DNA from: Eledone cirrhosa
Lineage: Eukaryota
Assembly (NCBI GenBank): GCA_964016885.1
Contig: OZ024741.1
Location: 61,690,001 to 61,754,000 of the forward strand
DNA: 64,000 bases
Direction of reading: 5' to 3'
Shown here: in pieces, positions 26,536 through 38,300 of the stretch
Position numbering within the stretch: the stretch's first letter is position 1
How the letters are laid out: each line of letters opens with the position of its first letter
Made by a program: the position numbers and the translations under genes
The notes under the pieces: generated by a model
The model's input: only the letters and a program-made list of their open reading frames with translations
What the model was told of the DNA's origin: nothing
Database searches by the model: none

Positions 26536-27058
26536 AACATAAAGTTCATTGACATGTAATGAAAAATCCATGAAACAAAATCTTGCTGAGAAAAAATCCT
26601 TCTCCATACTTTTCATATTTAAGAAATAGTGTAACACAGATACATATTATTATATAAAATTAGGAAATCATTGTAAACTAATTCAACTTCACCTGAAATT
26701 AAATTACAACTTCTACAGCTATCAAACTAACTATGTCAACTTTCATTATATTATTGCAATCTTTAACCCTTTTGATACCAAATTCTCTGAAACTGCACTT
26801 TGTTCTAGGTTACAAAACAGTTTGTATGATATAAAAGTGTTTATATTATTTATAATTACATTGCTAATAAAAAATATATGGGATACAACCAAAAGAATTT
26901 GATCAAAAGAATATAATGTGTGTGGAAGAAGAATTAAATATTGGTTTAGAATATCTTCTAATCTAAACTATCACTACAGTTGTCAGATGGAGAGGGGGGA
27001 GGACTAATTATGATCATGATATGGAAAAAAGTTATCATTCATAAACCCTTTCATTACC

Positions 27059-27262
27059 ATCATCATCAACATTTTACGTCCGCTTTTCCCTGCTTGCAAG
27101 GGTGGGACGTGTCTTATTAAGCACGGCATTTCTCCATTTGTCACGGTCCTTTGTCATCTCCTCCGTGAGCTTCAGTGATCTGAGATCTGCTCTCAACACC
27201 ACCGCCCATGTTTTTCGTGGTCTTCCTCGACTGCATCTTCCTTCTACTGAGATTTCTTGGCA
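27059..27262 (-). mobile_element. RTE LINE subfamily C 3' end inserted in a TTAA-type MITE (27042-27480)
   Basis: RGRPRKTW..PTLASREKRT*; flanks rejoin to the sequence seen at 29998-30345. Confidence 0.85.
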
Positions 27263-27766
27263 TATATTTCTAAAAAAAGACACTGTCTTTGATTTTCAAA
27301 TAGTTTTGAAATTTATCAAGTATTTCGAAAGATTTAGTAACATTCTCATTATCAAGCTAGGGTTTTCAACATAACTTAACAAAGGTTCTTACATAAAATT
27401 ATGATAGACGGTTTTTAGTTAGATATAAACATCTTAAAGCAAATGCTTTGGCATCATAGAACCAGAGATAGTTTGGCATCACCACCACCTCCCATCAGAG
27501 TGAACACTCAGGTACCCAAAGTGGCTAAAGCAGCAACCACCACCAACCTCTTTATTCCCAAGGAAGGTTTTTATATACATAGGAAGGTGTGTATATGATA
27601 AACCTCAGATGTGTGCATCTGTGTGTAGTCTATAATAGATTTCAGGTGTTAGTAATAGCTGTAGGCTATATATGAGGCCTTTAAAGGATAAATCTATCTG
27701 AGCAAGTCAGTGAGTGTTTACAACATGGAAAAATGGATGTTAAACGGCGATGATGATGGTGATATA

Positions 27767-27828
<62 letters not shown>

Positions 27829-27841
27829 CATCATCATCACC

Positions 27842-27884
<43 letters not shown>

Positions 27885-29703
27885 TACACAGGTGTATACA
27901 AATACAATCAACTGCAGGTGTGTATATATAATAGACTGCAGGTGTGGATATAGATTAAACTGCAGAGGTGTGTGTGTAAAATTGACCCCATGTGTGAATA
28001 ATAGCTGTACAGAACCATTAAAGTATAAATCTAGACCTTGAAGAAATAATACCTTTACCTCTGTGCGTATATGCGTGTTTGCAAGTGTGTGTATGTGTTT
28101 GTGTGAGCATATGAGTGTGCTTGTATGTGTAAGTGTATTCTATATATATGAGTTTCAATGTGTGTGTGCGCGAGAGCATGCATGAGTAAGCATGTGATTT
28201 CTATGTGTTTATGGACTTGCGTATGGGCGTGTGTGCGTGTGAGTATGAAAGAGAAAATGTGTGTATATAAATACATGTGTAGGTGTGAGTGACAGAAAGA
28301 GAGAAAGATAGCATGTGTGAGGGTGTATCAGAAAGAGAGAGAGGATAAGAGTGTGTGTATGTGAGAGAGTGAGATGTGTGAGAAAGTGAACAAGAGAGAG
28401 AGTGAGAATCTGTATGTGAGAGAGGGGGGATGAGAGGGTGTATGAGTGAGAGTATATGAGTTAGGTTATGCTGAAGACATGATAATGGGAGTGGTGGTGG
28501 TGGTGGTATGATGATGGTAAGGACAATAGTAATGATCATAATGATGGTAATGGTGGTAAAGAGATTAAACAAAGAATGTAAGGAGTGTCCATGTAGGAGC
28601 AATATGTGTGTGTGTGTGTGTGTGGATAGATGTATATGTGTATATGTGTGTGTGGATATATGTGGGAGTGTACATAGATGTGCTTGAGTGTATGTAAGTA
28701 TTTGTAAATTTTCAAAATGATTTGTCCAATATTAAAGATGTGTGGAGCCACATGGCCTAGTGGTAAGTGTGTAGACTGGCATGCTATCCAGGGGGATTCT
28801 TATACTCTCAATTGCTTCACATAATGGAAATCAGAATAAGCAATGGCCTGATGATCCTCCGGGCTCGAGGCAGGCTTTAGACTTAGAAAAATGTGATAAA
28901 CATTTGAATTAATAAACCCGTTTTTTAGATATTTTCTACTAAAATTATTACAGACTATTAAACATTTAAACTAGCTGTAACCGGCCACTCATTCAGGTAT
29001 TGTTTTCAAAATAAATAATATCAAAATCTCATAGTTTCGATATTATGTGAAGTAAAGCCTTTACCATGAAAATACAATAGTATATATAGAATAATGTAAA
29101 TGCTGAAGGGTTAAATGGTAAAAAAAATATATTTAAAAAAATGTAGTATTTCTTAAACTTACTCTCCATTTATCAATGTACTGCCAAAGTCTCAAATAAT
29201 TAATTAAGTTTGGTGTTAATATAATTAATGTAACGAGAATGAATACATTAAACAATACATAAATCACTTTAACATTTAAATATTTAATGAATAATTTCAC
29301 CAATAATTTAGTTTTAAATTTATTTCAGATTTAAAAAATATGTTACCTGGATATTTATTTTAGAAAAATTCATGAGAACAAACCTGAAACCATGTGGTCA
29401 CAAAGTCAATTCTTTAACCACCTGGTCATACCTGCAACTACAATATTATGAAATTATCTTTTGTATAATAATTGTTTCTACTTTTTGGCACAAGGCCATC
29501 AATTACCCAGTGCATTACTGGTACTTTATTTTATCGACCCCGTAAGGATGAATGTATAATAATATGTATGTTTCAGGTTTGTTGCCATTAAAAAAATAAT
29601 CTACTGGATGTGAGATAATTGACTAAATGAAGTTGATATTTCAGCATGGCCATAGACTGATGACTGAAAGCAGTAAAAGAATAAAAGAAAAGAATAAAAA
29701 TAA

Positions 29704-29908
29704 TAGTTTCTGATTTAGGCACAAGGCCAGCAATTTGGGGGGGGGGGGCTCAATTAAATCGACCATAGTGTGACTGGTACTTTATTTTATCGACCCTGTA
29801 AGGATGAAAGACAAAGCTAACCTCAGAAGGATTTGAACATAAAGGGACATAACTTTATGCTGCGAAGCATGGTGTCCGACACTTTGCTGATACTGCCAAT
29901 CTACTGCC
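29704..29908 (-). mobile_element. Short tRNA-SINE
   Basis: A/B boxes and core; truncated sister copies at 29469-29551 and 30176-30266. Confidence 0.85.
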
Positions 29909-30599
29909 CTAAAGAAAAGAATACAATAATAAACAAAAAAAAGCAGTTTCTAGGCCACTTTGTAGATATAAACTAACATCAGTGATTTATTTATTTCTTA
30001 GCTCTTTCATGGTCATATTTCTAATGAAAGACACTGCTTATGGTTTTCAAATAATTTTGAAAATAATGTAGAATTTTTTTTTTTTTGTCGGATGGGTTTA
30101 AGTAATATAATTAATTTTCTCATTAATAAGCTGGTGTTTGGAATATATCTTAGCAAAGGTTCTTAAATAAAATTATAATTGTTTCTACTTTTGGCACAAG
30201 GCCAACAATTACCCCAGTGCATTACTGGTACTTTATTTTATCGACCCGGTAAGGATGAAAGGCAAAATGGAAGGTTTTTAGATGAATATAAACATTTTAG
30301 AACAGTTTAGCATCATAGAACTAAGGATGGATTCAAGTGGTTTAGTATATTTTTCATGCTTACTCCTGTACAATGTTGTACATCTACATTGTGACATTTA
30401 CTTCAGTTACAAGTACAAAATGAAGTCAAAGCTTTGCTAAAGAAATCTTATAAGATTAAAACATATCCAGAAATATCTCTCAAAGTTGCTGGAATGATTA
30501 AGATAATGTTTAGTCATTGAATTAATGTTGTCTTTTTCTCAGTGCATAATTAATTCTAGCTGTTCATTAGATTAAATATGTTGTTAACACTAAATTAAT

Positions 30600-30777
30600 T
30601 GTTTCTACTTTAGGCACAAGGCCAGCAATTACCCAGTGCATTATTGGTACTTTATTTTATCAACCCCGTAAGGATGAAAGGCAAAGTCAACCTCGGCGGG
30701 ATTTGAACTCAGATCGTAAAGGGACATAACTATGCTGGAAAGCATGGCGTCCGACTCTCAACCGATACTGCCAATCC
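30600..30777 (-). mobile_element. Short tRNA-SINE with 12-bp TSD
   Basis: TSD CACTAAATTAAT at 30588-30599 and 30778-30789. Confidence 0.9.
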
Positions 30778-31331
30778 CACTAAATTAATGAGATATAATT
30801 ACTTTTTTAGCTATGGTGGTGAGGAGAGTGATGATTTTAGTTTCTGGTGGTGGTGAGTATGTCTCATAACAGACTAGGTCAGTTGTTTTATCTAGGTCAA
30901 GTTATTCTAAGGAAGTCAGTTCTCCATGAGAGTAGTTCAATATAGATAATGAATAAGTCGGTAATTACTTTAATTAGATGCACCAATACAGTCAGGGGTT
31001 TTGTTTTTTTAATCAAGTAGTCAGAGAAAAAAAGAGCAGTGTCTTAGACCCTCTTCAGGGTATCTGCGAGACAGCTTACAGCAGGAGTCCCAACCAAAGC
31101 TAAATTTACCACCAAGGATAAATTTTGTCTACGGTTTTTCGATTATAATCAAAAGCATTTCCATTGAGAAGAAAATTTGAAGTAGGCCTACTTTGATGAT
31201 TTTATATATATATATATATATTTCTGTCACCTTACTAAAAGTTATAGCAGAACACTCCATTATAATCAAACATAAAATAAAGAGTATTCAAAAAACTCAG
31301 ATTACATTTATTATATATATATATATGATAT

Positions 31332-32001
31332 ATAGTTAAAGAAAGAAGAGTAACATGGTTGGCTGTGCAATAAGGGCTTTATTCAAAGTGCTGACAATTG
31401 TTTCGTTGATCTGGTGTGTCTAGAGTTCGCTAATCGCTTGATGCTGCTTCAATTGATTCCCAATACGTTGTTTACAACCAGTCAATACATCAGAACAAGT
31501 GGATATGAGAATAATACGCAAGGCATGATTGCATAATTGCACTTACAGTAGAGATCCTAAAATCTGACTCTAAGTACATTTTATTATTTTATTCCTTCAT
31601 CTACTTTTCCTCATTCTCTTAATATTACTACTACTTTTTAATGTACCCTATCTTAGATTTTACATGTCACTTCATACATCTGTATCATCTCTGTTTATTT
31701 ACCATGCGTGTTTTATTATTGATATTATTGTTTTAATTATTCGCTATCTAGCTATTTTGTTACTGATGTTATTGTTTTGGTTTAACACCACTCTTCTATA
31801 AAAGCCATGCCTTGCGTACTATTCTCATATCCACTTGTTCTGATGTATTGACTGGTTGTAAACAATGTATTGGAGATCGATTGACGCAGCATCAAGCGAT
31901 TAGCGAACTCTAGATGCACCAGATCAACAAAACAATTGTCAGCACTTTGAATAAAGTCTTTATTGTACAGCCAACCATGTTACTCTTCTTTCTTTAACTA
32001 T
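31332..32001. mobile_element. Penelope-like inverted pLTR pair with extended hammerhead-like motif
   Basis: ~195-bp arms 31332-31527 / 31806-32001 around an AT-rich spacer; TGTT-CTGATG...CGAAACAATTGTC-AGCA. Confidence 0.68.
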
Positions 32002-32193
32002 TATTACTCCAAGTATAACCTGCATAGAAATTACCGCAAACTCGCTGCATCACTATGGAAGCATTTGTTGAGTCAAACTAAGCCAGACGTTAAAACCATC
32101 CACAACACGGAGTACTCTAACTGGACTACCTCTAAGTGGATCACCTATAACGATAACTTGTTATCCCATATATATATGATATATATATATATA

Positions 32194-32734
32194 TCATCAT
32201 CATCATCATCATCATCATTTTACGTCCGCTTTTCCCTGCTTGCAAGGGTGGGACGGGTCTTATTCAGCACAGCATCTCTCCACTCGTCACGGTCCCTCGT
32301 CATCTCCACAGTGAGCTTCAATGATCTGAGGTCTGTTCTAACCACCTCCGCCCATGTTTTTCGTGGTCTACCTCTACCACGTCTTCCTTCAACTGGCATT
32401 TCCTGGCACTTCTTCACCCATCGGTCATCCTCCATGCGCATCACATGTCCATACCACCTCAGTCTCCTCTCCCGTACACTACATTCTATCCCTCTCAGAC
32501 ACAGTTTCTCTCTCAACACATTTATGCTGGGTCGTTCACGCACATTTACACTGCACATCCAACGGAGCATGCTTGCCTCATTTCTCTCCAGCCGTCGCAT
32601 ATCCTCTGCGGTTGCTGCCCATGTCTCACTACCATGCAGCATCGCGCTCCTCACACAGGCATCATACAACCGGCCTTTCGTACGCAGGGAGAAACCCTTC
32701 TTCGTCAACAGAGGAAGCAGCTCCCTAAACTTCT
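32194..32734 (-). mobile_element. RTE LINE subfamily C 3' end
   Basis: ORF 32220-32708 nearly identical to the end of ORF 45920-46825. Confidence 0.93.
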
Positions 32735-33388
32735 TGATGTGGTAGCTAAGTATATTTTATGTTTATACCATTACTTATTTGTATAGGTAAGTATATATTA
32801 CCTGTATGTTTTGTGAACGTACGTATACTTTCTCATATATATATTTGGTTGTATTTGTTATAGGCATATATATTATATTATCTATACTGGTGCATGTGTA
32901 TATGGTTATGTGTATACGTGAGTTTCGCGTTTGTGTGTGTATGCGGGTTTGCACATATGTAGGGTGTGTGTATATGTGTACTTTGTGTTTTGGTTGACTT
33001 ACGTTTAGCGAACATATGTGTATTTACATGTAGGTGTGTGTGTGTGCGCGTTATATACGTATTTATGTGTGTATATTTATATACGTTTATATAATTATAT
33101 GTATACGCACACACACATGTATATATATTTTTTTATATATGTTTTATGTATATTTGGTGTATACGTTCGTATGTGTGCGGGTACAGGCGTTGCGTGAGTT
33201 TTTGCATGTGTGCGCGTGTTTTTGTGTACGTGCCCATATTTGCATACCCATGGCGGGTGTTTTCGCGTATGCATGCGTTTGTACGTATATGGATGCGTGC
33301 ATGTATATATTTAATTATTGTTGATTTCAATAACCTCTGTAATTTATTTACATTATTCTTAACTCTGAAGCCAAGAATCATTCGGTTT

Positions 33389-33673
33389 CCTAAATAGAAT
33401 TTTAGTCTACAACTTCAGTTATACCAAAAACGTGGTTTTGTCTTTGCGTGTAATTGTTCTCATCGCTCCACATAATGACATATTATCTTCGTTTTATTCC
33501 GTTCATTGCCAAGGAACGTCTCCACAAACCACCTAATAGAATATTAGTCTACAACTTCATTTATACCATAAACGTGGTTTTGTCTTTGCGTGTATTTGTT
33601 TTCACCGCTCCAAATAATGATGTATTATCTTCGTTTTTTTCCGTTCTTTGCCAGGGGACGTTTCCACGAACCA
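33389..33673 (+). repeat. Tandem duplication, 2 x ~143 bp
   Basis: TAGAAT.TTAGTCTACAACTTCA.TTATACCA.AAACGTGGTTTTGTCTTTGCGTGTA occurs twice. Confidence 0.9.
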
Positions 33674-33834
33674 AAGTATCGTCTTCCTGTCTTCCTTCGG
33701 TTGCAACGTTTTTTGAAATATTTACTTCTGCGTTCACAGATCGATTCTTTTAGTTTCAGAAGATCCCGTTAAGGGTGAAAGCAGCGATTCTTTGCTTAAA
33801 CTTTAATCTGTTATTTTAATAAATATATATATAT

Positions 33835-33986
33835 ATAGGAAAATGTATGACCCCGACGGCAGAGCTCAAGCCGTTTCGATGGCTATTTCTGGACGGCGAG
33901 GTCATACATTTTCCTATTACCTAGTCTACTACCCTAAGTAATGTGCGTTATGGTCCATCTGGTTCCTTACCACAACTCCTTCGTTA
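33835..33986. mobile_element. ~155-bp hairpin element in (TA)n
   Basis: 83-nt hairpin plus tail; homologs at 55252-55410 and 15211-15296 (tail only). Confidence 0.8.
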
Positions 33987-34008
33987 TATATATATATATA
34001 TAATGGTC

Positions 34009-34050
<42 letters not shown>

Positions 34051-34128
34051 GACCCCTACCCACTCAGATGATGCATAGTTGAGAAAGAGAAACAGACAGG
34101 CATAGAGAGAGAGAGAGAAAGAAAGAAA

Positions 34129-34212
<84 letters not shown>

Positions 34213-35354
34213 AGAGCAAAAGGAAGAAAAAAAAAGAATAATAGTTATTGTTATATTTAGGGGTTACCAGTATTGCCATTAAAAAGAAACACATGCACCA
34301 TATGATTTTCACTTTTTCTTTATTGCCCATTATTCCTTAGTTCTTCATAGTTCTTTTGTCACACATTCTGTGACCTCATCAATGATTATCTGTTCTCTTT
34401 TTTGTCTCCACTTCTTTCTGATCTTAAACTTCCACTTCATTTTGTCTTTTGTTTTGTGGTGCATTTTTGTGATTCTTGTCTGCAATACTGGCAACATGAC
34501 CATCCCAAATATAACTCTATGGTTTCCCTGCACCATTTCATATCAAAACAAATACATAAACATAAAGAATAAACGATTTTATCGCCACACCATTTTATCT
34601 TCCTTGAAATATTTTTGTTAATCATTGAAGGACAGTGTGGAGGGAGAGAGAGGAGAGGAGAAAGAGCTAGATAGTTCTCTAATTAGAATAAGATAGCAGA
34701 AGTTAACCTAATGGCAGTAAATCTTTTAGTTTTTTAGTTAAGATAAACAGGAAAGGGAGTGTTTTCTGAACATGATAAAATATAATTTGGGAGATTGTAG
34801 ATGTAGATAGAATAGGGATGTAATGGTGGTGGTGTTGATTGTTGTGTCTGTGATAGTGACAGTGGTGGTGCTGGTGGTGGTACTGGTGATGGCCCAACAT
34901 GCTAATACTGCTATATAGAGAATAGCTGGATCTTTGCCGTTTAAAGAACAATGTCTGATTTTTTGTAAATTTTTACACAGATGTAACTTTGCCAGTTGAT
35001 TACAAAAGTTCCAATCATTTGTTTAAGGAATTCAAAAAATTGCATTTATAAGTAACTTTGGCAAATCAGAAGAATCCATTCCCTACACTTCTTTCCAGAA
35101 ATAGGCGCAATAAAAATACACATTTAACTCTTTGATAACAAACCAACTGAAACTGCCCCTGTTTCTACAATATAAAACTATTTGTTTTAAAATAAGAATA
35201 TTTGTTCAGCTCTGCTTGAAATACCAACACAATAATGATAAAGTTACTTATATTACTAAATCACTTAAAATTCTTGACTATTTCCAAAATGATTTAAAAC
35301 TCATAGGCTGTGTATTTCATTAGAAATACAATAACAAATGGCTTAAAATATTTA

Positions 35355-38300
35355 TCTATTTATTAATTTGAAGAACGTCAGTATTCCGTGTGTCATAATT
35401 CTCGATTATCATTGGTTTATAGGTTTCAAACGACTCCGCCCACCTCAACGACGCCAAACTTAAATTAATATGCATAATGCCATGAGGGAGTGAGAGGGGA
35501 GAGTGTGAACACTCTGTTCAATAACTATTAACATGTGTGTGTGTGTGTGTGTACATGCGCATATGTTTATGAGTGTGCATCTGTGCAGCGTTCCACAGAA
35601 AGTAAAATCTATCAACATGTGTGAGTGTGTGCGTGTGTAAGTTTGTGTGTGTGTGCGCGCGTTTCCATGCGTGTATGCGTGTGGCATTCCACAATCGCCA
35701 CGCAGTTTATCTGTCTATGTGCCTGTCTGTCAGTCTAACATACACAGAGTTGTGAAGGGAGTAAATAGGGACCTTTCTTTACATTGCCGAACATCTTTTA
35801 TATTTATTATTGTGTCATTTTTTATACACTATGTATATGTGTCAGTGTAGAGACATGTGTGTGTGATGTGTGTGGAAATAAGAGGGGAAGGAAAGCAATA
35901 ACTATTAATATGTGTGTGTGTGTATGTATGTGCACATATGTTTGTGTGTGTGTGTGCGTGTGTGCAGCGTTCCACAGAAAGTAAAAACTATCAACATGTG
36001 TGAGTGTGTGCGTGTGTAAGTTTGTGTGCGTGTGCGCGTTTCCATGCGTGTATGTGTGTGGCGTTCCACAATCGCCACACAGTTTATCTGTCTTTGTGCC
36101 TGTCTGTCAGTCTAACATACACAGAGTTGTGAAGGGAGTAAATAGGGACCTTTCTTTACATTGATGGACATCTTTTATATTTATTATTGTGTCATTTTTT
36201 GACAATTGCTTGAAATGAATACTGATTATAAAAGCAATTCAACTTTATCAAACAGTGAACTACAGCGGCGACGGCGTGCAGCCAGCAATGAAGAAAAACG
36301 GGCCAAACAGCGGCACCGAACTTCAGAGACGAAGACGTGCCGCCATGAATGAAGAGGAGCTGGCTGAACAACGCCAACGAAACACTGGAGGCAGCGACGG
36401 CATGCTGCGATGGTTGAAGATAAACTGGCTGAGCATCATCAGCAGATGGCCAGAATTCAGCAGCAATGATGTGCTGTGATGGATGAAGAGGAGCTGGCTG
36501 AACAGCGCCAACGCAATACAGAAGTTCAGAGAATGTGTCGCCAAAGTGCTTCTCATTCCAGTAAAGAAGCTAGAAGGTGTACGAATGATATTAAAAATGG
36601 ATCATGGCAACCATGTCATTTTCAGACTGGTGGACGAGCAGAGTGTCCACATTGTGGAACGTTGGTTTGGAGGCACGAAAAGACGTGGACCACAATGTGC
36701 TGTCATAAAGGAGCAGTTCAACTAGAACCCTTGTGAATGCCGGATGATGAGGAGTCACCGGAGTTTAAAATACTAAGTATGTGGGGTGATCAAGGAGATC
36801 GAGGTAGATTACTGTGCAAATATTCGCAGCAAATTAACGATTCATTAGCTTTAGCATCGCAAAGAGTTAGTGAGATGTTTGAGAGTGGAGCCTGGCAAAT
36901 GAATGTAGTCATTCAAGGCCGTTTGTATCATTGTATCGGTAATTTAGAAGTTACCCCAGGAGAGAGGCCTCGGTTCGCTCAAATTTACGTTAACGATCCA
37001 GATTATAGTGAATTGGAGGAGGATATCAGGATCGGTTGGATGAAGTTGCCGGGAAATATAACTGAACTTGAACGGCAAAGATTAAGTGATTTGATCCGTG
37101 ATTTGCAATCATGGCTTAGACAGTGTAATCCTTATGTTATGGATTTCATGTTGGTGGCTGAACTGCAAAATGTTCAGCAGCAAACATTGGTGATTAAGGC
37201 TGACGCAGTGCCAAGAAATCAACATGAACGGCGATATAATGCCCCTGAAGGATTTCGTGAAGTTGCTGTGTTGATGGACGATAAGCCTGGATCGAGAGAT
37301 ATCATCCTCAATCGCAGAGATGGTGGTCTCAAGACTATCAATGAGTCAAAAGGTGAAAATGGATGGAACATGTCTGTTCATTTAGATGATCATGAGAATC
37401 AGCATCAACAGGGAGGTGGCAATAGACACAATAATTCGATTCGCGACTTTTACACGTTCCATTTGAACAAGAGCAATCAACAGAGAAATGTGCTATTTCA
37501 AGCCAGCAGATTGTTCCAGGAATACTGTTGTATGGCATTCGCAAAGATCGAAAATCAAAGGCTAAATTATATAGATACACATCAGCAACATATCAGAGCT
37601 GAATTGTATAATAATATACAGGATGCGATAACAGCCGATGATGCCAATTACAAGCAAATTGGTCGACGCATCATTTTGCCATCGTCGTTAATCGGCGGCC
37701 CGAAATATATGAACATTCGCTATCAGGATGCAATGGCTATTGTCAGAAAGTTTGGAAAGCCAAATTTGTTTATAATGGTTACATGCAATCCTGAATGGAC
37801 TGATATTAAGGATAAACTTTTGCCAGGACAACAGCCTGATATTGTGGCAAGAGTATTCAAAGGATATCTGAAAAAGATAATGGATGATGTGGAAAAAGAG
37901 TGAATCTTTGGAGGTATAGTTGCTTTTACATACGTAATTGAATACCAAAAATGAGCATTGCCACATACACTTTTGCTGATCATTTTACATAGAGATTGCA
38001 AATTGAGATGTGCTGAGGATGTCGACAGCATTGTGTGTGCTGAACTGCCGGAGAATGAGGCACTACGCAACTTGGTGGCAAAGTCAATGGTGCACAACCA
38101 ATGCGGAGTGGCAAATCGGAAAACGCCTTCCATGAAAAATGGCCAATGCAGTAAGCACTTTCCGAAATCTTTTGTCACAAACACTTCCTGGAACGATGGG
38201 GATGCTCATACTTCATACAGAAGACGGTCGCCTGCCGATGGCGGTTTGGTCGAAAATGTAAACGGTCGACAGGTTACAAATCAATGGATTGTGCCATACA

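Noticed and set aside
29163-29190. Possible minus micro-exon LWQYIDKWR before GTAAGT
   Set aside because: Weak GAG acceptor; expected by chance.
30407-30520. Possible plus-strand exon LQVQNEVKALLKKSYKIKTYPEISLKVAG after TTACTTCAG
   Set aside because: No convincing donor, no recognised homology, no partner exons.
33850-33905. HDV-like ribozyme (UUCG-capped P4 followed by CUA)
   Set aside because: No room for P3/L3/P1 between the putative P2 and P4.
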